NCBI GenBank assembly: GCA_947474495.1
Contig: CANJIM010000001.1
Coordinates: 27,939 to 91,938 of the forward strand
Source of the DNA: Rhodospirillaceae bacterium
Lineage (GTDB): Bacteria; Pseudomonadota; Alphaproteobacteria; SMXQ01
DNA: 64,000 nucleotides
Reading direction: 5' to 3'
Shown here: positions 12,186 through 22,318 of the stretch, one piece after another
Numbering within the stretch: the stretch's first letter is position 1
How the letters are laid out: each line of letters opens with the position of its first letter
The notes under the pieces: generated by a model
What the model was told of the DNA's origin: nothing
Database searches by the model: none
The model's input: only the letters and a program-made list of their open reading frames with translations
Translations under genes and position numbers: made by a program

Positions 12186-13118
12186 ATGGCGCTGTTGTTC
12201 TACAGCCTGTCCGACAGCCAGCCCGACTGGACCAGCGCCATCGCCAAGGTCATGCCGGGCGAACGCTTGCGCATCTGGCCCGATGTGGGGCCGCTTGATG
12301 ACATCGAATTCGCCATCGTCTGGAAGCCGCCGCCCGGCCTGCTCGCCAGCCTGCCGAACCTCAAAGGCATCCTGTCGCTCGGCGCCGGCATCGATCATCT
12401 GGTGTCCGACCCTCAGCTGCCGCGCCATCTGCCGCTGGTGCGCCTGATCGATCCGTCGCTCACCGCGCAGATGAGCGAGTACGTTGTGATGAACGTGCTG
12501 CGCCATCACCGCTTCATGCCGCAGTACGCCCGCCAGCAGGCGGCGCTGCTGTGGCAACCGATCCTGCCGCCGCCGCTGACCGCCGAGCGACGCGTCGGCG
12601 TCATGGGGCTCGGCGTGCTCGGCCGCGACGCCCTCGCCAAGCTGGCGCCCTTCGGCTTCCAATTGCGCGGCTGGTCGCGCACCGCCCATAACATCCCCAG
12701 TGTCGCTTGCTTTCATGGCGCGAGCGGCTTGAGCGACTTCCTCGCCGGCTGCGACATTCTCGTTTGCCTGCTGCCGCTCAGCACCGAGACGCGCGGTATC
12801 CTCGATGCGAAACGCCTGGCGTTGCTGCCCGAAGGCGCCTGCCTGATCAATGCGGCGCGCGGCGCCCATGTGATCGCCACCGATTTGATCGCTGCGCTCG
12901 ATTCAGGGCAATTGGCGGCTACCACGCTCGACGTGTTCGATTCCGAACCCTTGCCCGCCGATCATCCGATGTGGCGTCATCCCGCCGTCACCATCACGCC
13001 GCATGCGGCGGGCTGGACGATCCCGGAGACGGCCGCCGGCTTGATGGCGGCGAGCATCGCGGCGATACGCGAGGGCCGTAAACCGGTCGGTTTGGTCGAT
13101 CTTTCCGTGGGTTACTAA
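12186..13118 (+). CDS. D-isomer-specific 2-hydroxyacid dehydrogenase (glyoxylate/hydroxypyruvate reductase A-like)
   Basis: 310 aa, NAD-binding GxGxxG (GVMGLGVLG), catalytic region LINAARG...D...H typical of the GhrA/2-Hacid_dh_C family. Confidence 0.75.
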   Translation: MALLFYSLSDSQPDWTSAIAKVMPGERLRIWPDVGPLDDIEFAIVWKPPPGLLASLPNLKGILSLGAGIDHLVSDPQLPRHLPLVRLIDPSLTAQMSEYVVMNVLRHHRFMPQYARQQAALLWQPILPPPLTAERRVGVMGLGVLGRDALAKLAPFGFQLRGWSRTAHNIPSVACFHGASGLSDFLAGCDILVCLLPLSTETRGILDAKRLALLPEGACLINAARGAHVIATDLIAALDSGQLAATTLDVFDSEPLPADHPMWRHPAVTITPHAAGWTIPETAAGLMAASIAAIREGRKPVGLVDLSVGY

Positions 13119-13387
13119 GCCGCTTCACAGCCGCTATGCAGGGAACGCAAGGCAGACCTGCCCTCGTGTTTTCCGCGAGTCGCCTTTCTTTAAGATTTGT
13201 CCTGCCATCCTACATCCAGTGAAGACGGGAACTCTGGCACAGACTGTGCAAGCGTCCTGTTATCAAGCGCAGCGCGAAACCGCAGTTCAAGCGGCAAGCC
13301 GATGCGGCAGGCGAGAGACTTCATCGATCCGGGGACGCTGGCGAAACACTGGCGCACGGAGCCTGTTTGGCTCCGAAGGAGTAAGAG

Positions 13388-13774
13388 ATGAAGACGATCG
13401 CGAAGCTGGGATTTCAAGTAGCGCTGTTGGCCGTGGTCGGCTTTGGCCTCATCAGTAAGGCGCGCGCCGACGAGGCGACCGCCGCGAGCAACACTTCCGA
13501 CCGCAAGACCATCTCGGCCACCTGCTACGAGCGCGGCAGCCTACTGTTCGATCTCGCCAAGGAACAGGGCGAGCGCCTGAGTCAGACCAAGCGCGTTGGC
13601 GAAAACGGCCTGTTGGAAGCCTTCGCGTCACCGACCGACGGCACCTGGACCATCGTCTATAGCGACAGCGACAAGCGCAGTTGCGTCATCGCCTCGGGCA
13701 ACGGCCTACCGGTCGTGCAAGCCGACGACGACGACGACGCCCGCGTGCCGGCCCGCCGCGAAGCGGCGATCTAA
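13388..13774 (+). CDS. Secreted hypothetical protein (signal peptide, Asp-rich C-terminus)
   Basis: RBS GGAGTAAGAG before ATG. MKTIAKLGFQVALLAVVGFGLISKARA signal peptide. Coding-like GC3. Confidence 0.55.
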   Translation: MKTIAKLGFQVALLAVVGFGLISKARADEATAASNTSDRKTISATCYERGSLLFDLAKEQGERLSQTKRVGENGLLEAFASPTDGTWTIVYSDSDKRSCVIASGNGLPVVQADDDDDARVPARREAAI

Positions 13775-13799
13775 CATGGCCCGCGAAGCGGCGATCTAG
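13752..13799. repeat. Tandem duplication (about 25-bp unit ccgcgaagcggcgatcta...) spanning the convergent stop codons of 13388-13774 and the aminopeptidase gene
   Basis: cccgccgcgaagcggcgatctaa...cccgcgaagcggcgatctagc read directly. Confidence 0.8.
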
Positions 13800-15223
13800 C
13801 CGTAACGCTTCTCCAGCAGCGCGAAGACCGCGCGCAAGCCCTGCGCCTCGCCGCCTTCGGGACGGCCCGGCTTGCTTGAGCCGTTCCAGCCGATAAAGTC
13901 GAGATGGGCCCACGGGATGTCGCTGGGCACGAACTCCTGCAGGAATAGTGCCGCCGTGATTGCCCCGGCGAATGGCCCGCTCGAAATATTGTTGATGTCG
14001 GCGACCTTGCTGGCGAGTAGCGGCCGGTAGCCCTGCCACAAGGGTAGCGGCCACAGCGGGTCTTCCTGCACGGCGGCGGCGCTCATCAGTTCGCCAAGCA
14101 AGGCGCCATCGTTGCAGAACAGCGCCGGCAGCTCGGGACCCAGCGCCACGCGCGCCGCCCCGGTCAGCGTCGCAAAATCGAACATCACCTCGGGCTTTTC
14201 CGCCACCGCATCGGCGATAGCATCGCACAGGATCAGGCGGCCTTCGGCATCGGTGTTGCCGACCTCGACGGTGATGCCCTTGCGGGTGTGCAACACGTCG
14301 AGCGGACGCATGGCATTGCCCGCCACGCTGTTTTCCACCGCCGGCAGCAACACGCGCAGGCGCACATTCAATTTCGCCTGCATGATCATGCGGCCGAGCG
14401 CCAAGGCCTGCGCCGCGCCCGCCATGTCCTTCTTCATCAACTGCATGCCCGACGAGGGCTTGAGATCGAGGCCGCCGGTGTCGAAACAGACGCCCTTGCC
14501 GATCAGCGTGACTTTCGGCGCGGAGGGCTTGCCCCAGGTGAGGTCGATCAGGCGCGGCGCGCGATCACTGGCGCTGGCACGCCCGACCGCGTGGATCGCC
14601 GGATAGTTTTGCTTGAGGAGATCATTCCCGACGACGATGCGGATTTTGGCGCCGGTTTCCTTGGCCACCACCCGTGCGGCGGCAGCCAAATCCTCGGGCC
14701 CCATGTCGGACGCCGGCGTGGTGACGAGATCGCGCACCAGCGCATGGGCGCCTGCCGCGCGCTCGATGTAGGCGCGGTCGGCCTTGTCCGGCCACACCAG
14801 CTTGGCGCCGTAAGGCTTGGCCGGCTTGTAGCGGTTGTAGCGATAAGAGCCGAGCGCCCAACCGAGCGCGGCCATGGTGGCCTCCGCCGCCGGTAATTTC
14901 GCGTCGATGACATAGCTACCCGCCGGCAGACGCGCCGGCAGACCGGCATAGCGCCACAGCGCGCCTTCGGCGGCAGCGCCGCCGACCAGGTCATTCATGG
15001 TCTTGGCCGCACGCGTCGTTTTGCCGAGCCCGAGCAGCACGCGCTCGAGCCCGCCGTCGGCTCCCGTGATCAAGCTGACGCTGCCAGCCGAGGCGTCAAA
15101 ACCACCTGCGGCGACCCAGGCTTTGAGCCGCGCCGGCTGCTTGGCGAGCCAGGCCTTAAGGGCCTCAGCGGCGACGGGCGTGATCGGAACGGCTTTGGCG
15201 GATTTGGCGGTGAATGCGGACAC
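13796..15223 (-). CDS. Leucyl aminopeptidase family protein (peptidase M17)
   Basis: 475 aa. M17 catalytic core motifs VGKGVCFDTGGLDLKP and NTDAEGRL are present. Confidence 0.85.
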   Translation of the reverse strand: MSAFTAKSAKAVPITPVAAEALKAWLAKQPARLKAWVAAGGFDASAGSVSLITGADGGLERVLLGLGKTTRAAKTMNDLVGGAAAEGALWRYAGLPARLPAGSYVIDAKLPAAEATMAALGWALGSYRYNRYKPAKPYGAKLVWPDKADRAYIERAAGAHALVRDLVTTPASDMGPEDLAAAARVVAKETGAKIRIVVGNDLLKQNYPAIHAVGRASASDRAPRLIDLTWGKPSAPKVTLIGKGVCFDTGGLDLKPSSGMQLMKKDMAGAAQALALGRMIMQAKLNVRLRVLLPAVENSVAGNAMRPLDVLHTRKGITVEVGNTDAEGRLILCDAIADAVAEKPEVMFDFATLTGAARVALGPELPALFCNDGALLGELMSAAAVQEDPLWPLPLWQGYRPLLASKVADINNISSGPFAGAITAALFLQEFVPSDIPWAHLDFIGWNGSSKPGRPEGGEAQGLRAVFALLEKRYG

Positions 15224-15369
15224 GGTGCGGCTCCTGTGCGGCGGGCAAGTCGCATCCTCGCGCGACTGAGGCCATTTGGGAAGCCCTTGGGAACCTTAAG
15301 AAAAACCGCCTTCGACTTGCGCGGAGGCGCGACCTGGCCTATCAGAGTCAGACAACAAGGGAGGCGGCG

Positions 15370-16098
15370 ATGGCCGAAGCGACCGAACAAACCAGCACAA
15401 GCTTCAATGGCGGCCTCAAGCTCGTCATCGCCAACAAGAACTATTCCTCCTGGTCGCTGCGCGGCTGGCTCGCCATGAAGCTGACCGGCGCGCCGTTCGA
15501 GGAAATCGTCGTGCCGCTGCGTGTGCCGGAAACGCGCGAGCTGATCATGCGCCATTCTCCCTCCGGCAAGGTGCCCTGCCTGATCGACGGCGACGTCACC
15601 GTATGGGAAACCCTCGCCATCATCGAGTATCTCGCCGAGAAATTCCCGGCCGCCGGGCTGTGGCCTAGCGAGGCGGGTGCCCGCGCCCATGCGCGCGCCA
15701 TTTCGTCGGAAATGCACGCCGGCTTCATGATGCTGCGCAAAGCCATGCCGATGAACATCCGCGAAAGCCTGCCGGGCTACGGCATGGCGCTGGACGGCGT
15801 GCAGGGCGACATCAACCGCATCGAATCGATCTGGCGCGACGCGCGTGGGCGTTACGGCGCCGGCGGCGATTACCTGTTCGGCGCCTTCAGCGCCGTCGAC
15901 GCCATGTTCGCGCCGGTCGCCCTGCGCTTCAAAACCTACAGCGTGACATTGGGCGAAAGCGCGGCGGCTTATGTCGAGGCCTTGCTCGCCTATCCGGCGC
16001 TCGCCGAGTGGATCGCCGCCGCCAAGGTCGAGCCCTGGATGATTCCGGATTACGAGAAAGACGGGATCAACGGTCCGGCGGGGCCCTCTGCTTCTTAA
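15370..16098 (+). CDS. Glutathione S-transferase family protein
   Basis: Start at MAEATEQ (15370). LVIANKNYSSWSLRGWLAMKL thioredoxin-like N-domain (Ser/Tyr active site region) and GST C-terminal helical domain. Confidence 0.75.
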   Translation: MAEATEQTSTSFNGGLKLVIANKNYSSWSLRGWLAMKLTGAPFEEIVVPLRVPETRELIMRHSPSGKVPCLIDGDVTVWETLAIIEYLAEKFPAAGLWPSEAGARAHARAISSEMHAGFMMLRKAMPMNIRESLPGYGMALDGVQGDINRIESIWRDARGRYGAGGDYLFGAFSAVDAMFAPVALRFKTYSVTLGESAAAYVEALLAYPALAEWIAAAKVEPWMIPDYEKDGINGPAGPSAS

Positions 16099-16109
16099 CG
16101 GGCCGCGTC

Positions 16110-17201
16110 CTAAGGCTTAGCCGCCGTCGGCTGGGCAGGCGCGGTCGCGTTCTTCAGCACGCCCATTTCCGTATAAAACCGCGCCGCCCCAGGATGCAAC
16201 GGGATGGTCAGGCCATTGAGGGCGCTGGCCAGCGACATCTGCCGGCCGGCCAGGTGGCCATTCGCCAGCATCGGCTGCGCCGACTTGTGCCATAGCGCTT
16301 TCAGCAAATTGTAGGCCATGTCGTCGCTCAACTTGCTGTTGGCGACCCACAGCGAATAGATCCCCAGGCTGGCGACATCCGCGGTCATGCCGGCGTAACT
16401 GCCGGTCAAAATGGTCATCGCCAAGTAGGCTGGCTCTTCCTTGCGCAGCGCAGCGAAGATCGCTGGCGGCAAGGGCAGAAGCTCAATGGGCATCACCTCG
16501 GCGAGTTGGGCGATGGCGGGCGCCGGCACGCCGCCGACGTAGAACAGCGCGTCGAGCTGGCCGTTGCGCATCATGTCGACCGCAAGGCCAAGCTCGACCA
16601 TCGTCGGCTTGAAATCCGTCGGCTTGAGGCCGGCGCGCGCCAATACGTTGCGCGCCAGCGGCTGGGTACCGGATCCCTCGGTGTCGATCGAGACTCGTTT
16701 GCCCTTGAGACCGGCGATCGAAGTGATCTTCGCGTCGCGCCTGACCACCACCTGCAGGGTTTCGGGATAAAGGCTGGTCAAGGCGCGGAGCGCGGTCTGG
16801 CGGTTGGCCCCGGTGAAGGCCCCCTTGCCCTCGTAGGCCTGCGCCGCCACGTCGGCCTGAATAATGCCCGAATCCAGCCGGCCGCGGCCGACTTCGCGCG
16901 CATTGTCGGCCGATCCTTGGGTCGCCTGAGCGACAGCGATCAGGCCGGGGATGCCGCAGCTGCCGCCGCGGTCGCAGGGCCGCGAGCCCGGCGGGTTGCT
17001 CACCACGCTGGAAATCAGCCCGCCGATGGAGAAATTGACGCCGGCGGTCGAGCCGGTGCCGATGCGGAAGAAGCGCAGGTCCTGGGCGTGCAGTGCACCG
17101 CCCGCCAAGCCAGCCACCAACAGGACACACAGCGCCAGCCCGCCGATCTTGCGACCGGCAATCCTGCGGCGACTGGTGTGGGCGAAACGGCCTCTCATCA
17201 T
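16110..17201 (-). CDS. TAXI-family TRAP transporter solute-binding protein (orphan: no DctQM-type permease adjacent)
   Basis: 363 aa, signal peptide, TAXI signatures (RIGTGSTAGV, ...VGGVPAPAIAQLA). Neighbours are a GST and a PPK2. Confidence 0.75.
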   Translation of the reverse strand: MMRGRFAHTSRRRIAGRKIGGLALCVLLVAGLAGGALHAQDLRFFRIGTGSTAGVNFSIGGLISSVVSNPPGSRPCDRGGSCGIPGLIAVAQATQGSADNAREVGRGRLDSGIIQADVAAQAYEGKGAFTGANRQTALRALTSLYPETLQVVVRRDAKITSIAGLKGKRVSIDTEGSGTQPLARNVLARAGLKPTDFKPTMVELGLAVDMMRNGQLDALFYVGGVPAPAIAQLAEVMPIELLPLPPAIFAALRKEEPAYLAMTILTGSYAGMTADVASLGIYSLWVANSKLSDDMAYNLLKALWHKSAQPMLANGHLAGRQMSLASALNGLTIPLHPGAARFYTEMGVLKNATAPAQPTAAKP

Positions 17202-17248
17202 CCAGTCTTAACGCTGCAGCGCGCGATCTAGCAACGGTCTGGGCAAAT

Positions 17249-18091
17249 TTATTTTTTCTGGCGTCGCCCAGAAAGCGGGCTTGGCGGTGAGAGACCAACG
17301 CGCCGGGCGGCGGCAATGAGGCCCTTGGCCAATGGCGGCGGCGTCATATCCATGCCCTCACCCAAATGCGCGACAATGGTCTCCAGCGCGGCGATGCGCC
17401 CCAGAGACTTGTCCTCGAACGGCACGGCGAACCATGGCGCGCCCTTCGGCGAGCAACGCGCGAACATCTCGTTGACGGCCGCTTCGTAGTCGGCGCGCAA
17501 AACGATGTTTCGCAGGTCGGAGGGACCCAGCTTCCAGCTTTCCAGCGGATCGGCCATGCGCGCAGCCAGACGTTCGCGCTGGGCCTCAATCGAGACATGG
17601 AGGAACAGTTTGACGATGCGCACGCCGTCGTCGGTCAACATCTTCTCGAAGGCGTTGATCTCGCCGTAGGCGCGGCGCCAGACTGCCGGCTTGGCAAAGT
17701 TCTCGGCACGCTCGACCAATACGCGGCCGTACCAGGAGCGGTCAAAAATGGCGAGCACGCCGGGGCGCGGCAACCGCCGCCAGAAGCGCTGCAAATATTG
17801 CTCGCCGCGTTCGGTCTCAGTCGGAGCGCCGATGGGCCAGACCTGGTAGCCGCGCGGATCGAGCGGCGCGGTCAGCCGTTGAATCAGGCCACCCTTGCCG
17901 ACGGCATCCCAACCTTCGATGACTATGATCGAACGCTGGCCGGAAAATTTATAGGCCAACTGCAGCTGGCGCAGACGCGTCTGCACCGCCTTGTGTCGTT
18001 TGCGGTAGGTCGTCTTGGCAAGCACCCTGCGCAGATCGACGTCCGCGAGGGCGCCGTCTGGCGACAGGACATAGGACTTCGGATCAGGCAT
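17249..18091 (-). CDS. Polyphosphate kinase 2 family protein (PPK2, polyphosphate:nucleotide phosphotransferase)
   Basis: 280 aa, Walker A IVIEGWDAVGKGG, Walker B/lid region and LFLHVS...E motif characteristic of PPK2. Confidence 0.85.
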   Translation of the reverse strand: MPDPKSYVLSPDGALADVDLRRVLAKTTYRKRHKAVQTRLRQLQLAYKFSGQRSIIVIEGWDAVGKGGLIQRLTAPLDPRGYQVWPIGAPTETERGEQYLQRFWRRLPRPGVLAIFDRSWYGRVLVERAENFAKPAVWRRAYGEINAFEKMLTDDGVRIVKLFLHVSIEAQRERLAARMADPLESWKLGPSDLRNIVLRADYEAAVNEMFARCSPKGAPWFAVPFEDKSLGRIAALETIVAHLGEGMDMTPPPLAKGLIAAARRVGLSPPSPLSGRRQKK

Positions 18092-18141
18092 AGGGACGGC
18101 TCCTTCAGTCTGTGCCGCCCGTAACCGAGATCAGCCGCGGA

Positions 18142-19830
18142 TCAATTGCCGTCGGCCAGAGGCTCTTCCGTCGGCGCGATGTCACCTGGGGCCTTGCGCT
18201 TGAACAAGACGTAACGGTCGAACTGGGCAACGATATCGTAGTTCTTCCATTCCTCGGCGAAGGCCGGAATGCTGAGGAAGTATTCCGTCAGGTCGAACTC
18301 GCGGCCTCCGCACAAGCGGATGCCAGGGTTCTTGTCCATGACCACCAGCGCCGGATGATATTTGACGAAATCTTCCGACACGGCGCGGCGCAGCAGCTGT
18401 TCCATCGGCGGCATCTTGTCGACGTCGTGATAGCGCGCCTCTTCCGGCCGGCAGCTTTCATAGGCGCCCTGCAGCGGCCATATCGTCTGGAAGCGCATGG
18501 CGAGACGCGCATTGGCGTAATTGAGCACCGGGAAATGCGGATAGATGCCGGGAGAGATGATCAGCACCGGCTGGCCTTGGGCGTATTTCTTCACCAGCTT
18601 GAGCAGCTTGCCGGCCTGGCTGTTGTCGAAGTTGAGCTGATCGTAGAAGGTCGTACGCGTCGCGCCGGCGAGACAGAATAGCATCAGCATCAGCGCGCCG
18701 ACGGTGAGACGAAGCGGCGCCATGGAAAGCACCGGCATCAGTGGGGATGCGCGATCGGCGGCGAGGCGTTCGCCGAGCAGCTTGTCGATGCCCTGGCAGA
18801 TCACCAGCACGGTGAGCAGCAAGGTCATGACCTGCGCCGGCAACAGATGATAAGGCCAACCCTTGGCCTGGGCGACGCCGGCCACCGCGCCGCCGAGCGC
18901 GGCGAGGCCCGCCATGCGCGTGAGCGGCGACAGGCGCAGCAGGAAGGCGCCGATGGTGAGCGGAATCATCATCAGCATGAAGGGCGCGAGCAAGCGGCCG
19001 TAAAGCACATGCAGCGGGTTAGTGCCGCCGATTTCTTCGTAGCTGTCGAAGATCAGTGGCAGCACCGAGGTGAAATAATCGGGCGTGACGAACCAGGCGG
19101 CGGCGACATAAGCCACCAACACGCCGAGCAGGATCCATGGCACGGTATCGGTCAGCGTCTTGCGCCAGCCGCGCGACGCCAGCAAGTAGACCTCGACCAG
19201 CAGCGGAATGGCGAGGAAATGGGGTTTCAGCGCGAAGCCGAGACCGGCGACGATCGCGATGCTGATCAACCGGCCACGCGGCACTTTGAGTCCGTCGAAG
19301 CGCGCTGCGGCGAGCATCACGTACGGCACCGCGCCGAGCAGCATGAGATGCTCGCGCTGGGCGTACATCTCGCCGGGATAGACGACCGCAAGGAAGAGCA
19401 CGAGCGGCAGGAAGATCATGTGTTGGCTGCGCGCCGCCGGCTCGGTCAGCGTCGGGAACATGCGCCAGCTGACGACGCTGCTCCACAGGGCGAGCGCCAG
19501 CACGCACAACACCAGGGCCTGCGTGTCCTGCGTCGACAACAGACGCGACACCGCCGCCGGGATCAGGTTGAGCATGAAAATGAGCGGCGGATTGACATCG
19601 ATCATGTCGACGTACATGCGCTCGCCGCCGAGCCAGCGGTCGGAGATCGCCAAGATCACGGCGACATCGTGATTGAGTGGCGGAATGAGATAAGCGATGA
19701 CCCAGGCGAACGGCAGCAGCAGGAATGCGCCGGGCACCAGCCAAGCGAGAACGCGCTCCGCAGGGTCCGCAGACGACAGGCGCGCGCGGGCCAAGGACGA
19801 CTCGCGCGGCGATAAATCGGAGGTGGTCAT
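18142..19830 (-). CDS. Polytopic membrane protein with GT-C-fold glycosyltransferase architecture (ArnT/PMT_2-like), family assignment uncertain
   Basis: 562 aa, about 11 predicted TM helices in the first 400 aa, Asp-rich first periplasmic loop (NHDVA...DMIDVNPP), about 160-aa soluble C-terminal domain. Divergently adjacent to an ArnC-like GT2 / flippase / aminotransferase set. Confidence 0.5.
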   Translation of the reverse strand: MTTSDLSPRESSLARARLSSADPAERVLAWLVPGAFLLLPFAWVIAYLIPPLNHDVAVILAISDRWLGGERMYVDMIDVNPPLIFMLNLIPAAVSRLLSTQDTQALVLCVLALALWSSVVSWRMFPTLTEPAARSQHMIFLPLVLFLAVVYPGEMYAQREHLMLLGAVPYVMLAAARFDGLKVPRGRLISIAIVAGLGFALKPHFLAIPLLVEVYLLASRGWRKTLTDTVPWILLGVLVAYVAAAWFVTPDYFTSVLPLIFDSYEEIGGTNPLHVLYGRLLAPFMLMMIPLTIGAFLLRLSPLTRMAGLAALGGAVAGVAQAKGWPYHLLPAQVMTLLLTVLVICQGIDKLLGERLAADRASPLMPVLSMAPLRLTVGALMLMLFCLAGATRTTFYDQLNFDNSQAGKLLKLVKKYAQGQPVLIISPGIYPHFPVLNYANARLAMRFQTIWPLQGAYESCRPEEARYHDVDKMPPMEQLLRRAVSEDFVKYHPALVVMDKNPGIRLCGGREFDLTEYFLSIPAFAEEWKNYDIVAQFDRYVLFKRKAPGDIAPTEEPLADGN

Positions 19831-20100
19831 GGTAATCTATGGCTTCCTGGTCACGCCTGGCTGCACACCGCCGAAGGACGACGCTCACAACATAGTAGGC
19901 ACGAAGCCGGGGCAACCCCTTGCCGTTTCCCGCGCATCTTCAGCCCCCCGCTGATGTTTTGCTTCTTGGACGACGTTCGGGAAATGACGTATTTACGACC
20001 CAACGGCCGATCTCGCAAGACGTTAGGCAGGCTTTACGGCGCTTTTAGGGCTTGTCCTGGAAACTCGCAGTGGCACCAATAACCAAGAAAAATCAAAGAG

Positions 20101-20859
20101 ATGGAACCCATCGAGTATGAGCGGATGCATGCCGTCGAAGACCGCATGTGGTGGTTCCGCGGCCTGCACGCCAATGCCCTCGCGGCTTATCGCGCTGCAC
20201 GCGGCCAAATAAAGCGCCCCGGATTGACGCTCGATGCCGGCTGCGGCACGGGCGGTTTGCTGACCCGCGTCGCCGCGCAAGACGGCGCCGGCGCGGCCAT
20301 CGGCCTCGACGTCGATCCGCGCGCCGCCATGTTCGCCCGCCGCAAAAGCGGCTGCGCCGTGACGCTGGGCAGCGTCAACGCCCTGCCCTTTCGCGAGAAC
20401 AGCTTCGCCGCCATGTTCAGCATGGACGTGCTTTGCCACCGCGCCGTCGACCCCGCCGCGGCCTTACGGGAAGCCGAGCGCTGCCTCGCCCCCGGCGGCG
20501 TGCTGATTCTCAATCTGCCGGCTTATCCTTGGCTGCTGTCGGCCCATGATGTGCAGGTGCACAATGCCCGGCGCTTCACCCGGCCGCAGGTCCGCGCCAT
20601 GCTGCATGCCGCCGGCTTCCCAGAAGCGCGCATCGGCTATTGGAACATGGGCCTATTCCCGCTGATGGTGTTGCGCCGCAAACTGCTGCCGAGCGACGAT
20701 GGCAGCGACGTCCAGCTTTACCCCGCGCCGGTCGAGGCGCTGTTCCGCGCTGTGCTCGCCATCGAGCGCTGGGTCATGGGACTGGGCATCAACCTACCGT
20801 TCGGCGGTTCGCTGTTGGCCGTGGCGGTCAAGCCCGGCACCCCGCAATCGGCGCAATAA
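20101..20859 (+). CDS. Class I SAM-dependent methyltransferase
   Basis: 252 aa, motif I LDAGCGTGGL, motif post-I/II present (GLDVDPRA, LPFRENSFAAMFSMDVL). Size and fold resemble TylM1/DesVI-type sugar N-methyltransferases but equally UbiE-like enzymes. Confidence 0.7.
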   Translation: MEPIEYERMHAVEDRMWWFRGLHANALAAYRAARGQIKRPGLTLDAGCGTGGLLTRVAAQDGAGAAIGLDVDPRAAMFARRKSGCAVTLGSVNALPFRENSFAAMFSMDVLCHRAVDPAAALREAERCLAPGGVLILNLPAYPWLLSAHDVQVHNARRFTRPQVRAMLHAAGFPEARIGYWNMGLFPLMVLRRKLLPSDDGSDVQLYPAPVEALFRAVLAIERWVMGLGINLPFGGSLLAVAVKPGTPQSAQ

Positions 20860-20951
20860 AGCCGTAATTCCCTGCAATAAAGCTTTGCCGGCGAGCCTAT
20901 CGCCGGGGTTTCGCTCCCCGCCGTTTAACGGCATCATGCAAAGCACAGACA

Positions 20952-21971
20952 ATGATCCGCAGCATCGACATGAGCGCCTTGAATATGACTGGTCGCCCCT
21001 TCGCGCTTTCCATCGTCATCCCCGTTTATAACGGCGCGGCCACTATCGGCACGCTGGTCGACGCGCTGGCCGAGCTGCAAGTCGAGGGCGGCCACGAGAT
21101 CGTCCTCGTCAACGACGGCAGCCGCGACAATAGCGCCGAGGTCTGCCGCAAGCTGGCGGAGCGCCGCGACGTGCCGGTCAGCTTCGTCGATCTATCGCGC
21201 AACTTCGGCGAGCACAACGCGGTGATGGCCGGGTTCAACCATGTGCGCGGCGACTATGTCATCAACATGGACGATGACCTGCAGAATCCGCCGTCCGAAG
21301 TGCTCAAGCTCTATCGCTACACGCGCGACAATGGCTATGACGCCGTCTACACGCGCTACGCCGAGAAGAAGCACGACGCCTGGCGCAACATCGGCAGCCG
21401 CTTCGCCAATTGGGTCGCCGACCGTCTGCTCGACAAGCCGAAGGGCTTGTACCTCTCGAGCTTTCGCTGCCTGAGCGCCATGGTCGTCGAGAACGTCGTG
21501 CGCTACCAGGGCCCCTACCCTTACGTCGACGGCCTGGTGATGCAGGTGACGCAGAACATCGGCTCCGTCGAAGTCGAGCATTTCGCCCGCGTCGAAGGCC
21601 GCAGCAACTACACGATCAGCAAGCTGATCGGGCTGTGGCTCAATCTGTTCGTCAACTTCTCCGTCGTGCCGTTACGCATCAGCATCATCCTCGGCTTCCT
21701 GATGAGCGCGCTCGGCGTCGTCGGCGCCGTCTGGGTGACCATTGAGGCGTTCGGCGGCGAGACGCCGCAAGGTTGGGCCTCGCTGATGATCGCCGTACTG
21801 CTATTGTCGGGTATTCAGCTCATTCTGCTCGGCGTCGTCGGCGAATATCTCGGCCGCGTCTTCCTCACCGCCAACCGCAAGCCGCAATTCCTGGTGCGCC
21901 AGCTGATGCGCCCCGAGTCGCGCGCAGACGCCGTCACCGACCTGCGCCAACCGACTGCGGGAATCCGCTAA
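20952..21971 (+). CDS. GT2-family polyprenyl-phosphate glycosyltransferase (ArnC/GtrB-like) with C-terminal TM helices
   Basis: LSIVIPVYNG...VLVNDGSRDNS...DDDLQNP (DxD) GT-A motifs and two C-terminal TM segments (LRISIILGFLMSALGVVGAVWV, ASLMIAVLLLSGIQLILLGVVG) typical of ArnC/DPM1-like enzymes. Start could be 20952, 20970 or 20985. Confidence 0.8.
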   Translation: MIRSIDMSALNMTGRPFALSIVIPVYNGAATIGTLVDALAELQVEGGHEIVLVNDGSRDNSAEVCRKLAERRDVPVSFVDLSRNFGEHNAVMAGFNHVRGDYVINMDDDLQNPPSEVLKLYRYTRDNGYDAVYTRYAEKKHDAWRNIGSRFANWVADRLLDKPKGLYLSSFRCLSAMVVENVVRYQGPYPYVDGLVMQVTQNIGSVEVEHFARVEGRSNYTISKLIGLWLNLFVNFSVVPLRISIILGFLMSALGVVGAVWVTIEAFGGETPQGWASLMIAVLLLSGIQLILLGVVGEYLGRVFLTANRKPQFLVRQLMRPESRADAVTDLRQPTAGIR

Positions 21972-21973
21972 TC

Positions 21974-22312
21974 ATGATGATCTATTACCTCTCGCTGGCC
22001 GCCGGCATCCTGCTCGGCGTCGCGGCGCAGTTGCTGTTGAAGGTCGGCGCCTCGGGCGAAGGCAGCATCATCGACCAATTCCTCAAGCCGCAGAGCATCA
22101 TCGGCCTCGGCCTCTACGGCTTCGCCGCCGTGTTCTACATGCTGGCGCTGCGGAAAATTCCGGTCTCGGTGGCGTTCCCCAGCGTGGCGCTCAGCTATGT
22201 GGTGCTGGCCGTGCTCAGCAATCTTTGGCTGAAAGAACCGCTTGGCCTGATGCAGGTCGTCGCCTTGGTACTGATCGTCACCGGCGTGGTACTGCTCAAC
22301 AACCACGCCTGA
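21974..22312 (+). CDS. Small 4-TM SMR/EamA-like membrane protein (ArnE/ArnF-like putative lipid-linked sugar flippase subunit)
   Basis: 112 aa, 4 predicted TM helices, starts 3 nt after the GT2 stop. Size and position match ArnE/ArnF of arn operons but only one copy is present. Confidence 0.6.
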   Translation: MMIYYLSLAAGILLGVAAQLLLKVGASGEGSIIDQFLKPQSIIGLGLYGFAAVFYMLALRKIPVSVAFPSVALSYVVLAVLSNLWLKEPLGLMQVVALVLIVTGVVLLNNHA

Positions 22313-22318
22313 GGCGCA

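Noticed and set aside
14112-14994. Several 150-200-aa ORFs on both strands inside 13796-15223
   Set aside because: All overlap the M17 aminopeptidase gene, which has the diagnostic NTDAEGRL motif.
16483-17316. 277-aa - strand ORF
   Set aside because: Alternative frame of the TAXI binding-protein gene. Arg/Pro/Gly-rich.
17366-18124. 252-aa + strand ORF
   Set aside because: Antisense of the PPK2 gene.
18847-19915. 322-aa (+) and 298-aa (-) ORFs
   Set aside because: Alternative frame and antisense of the 562-aa GT-C-like membrane protein gene. Highly Arg/His/Asp-biased translations.
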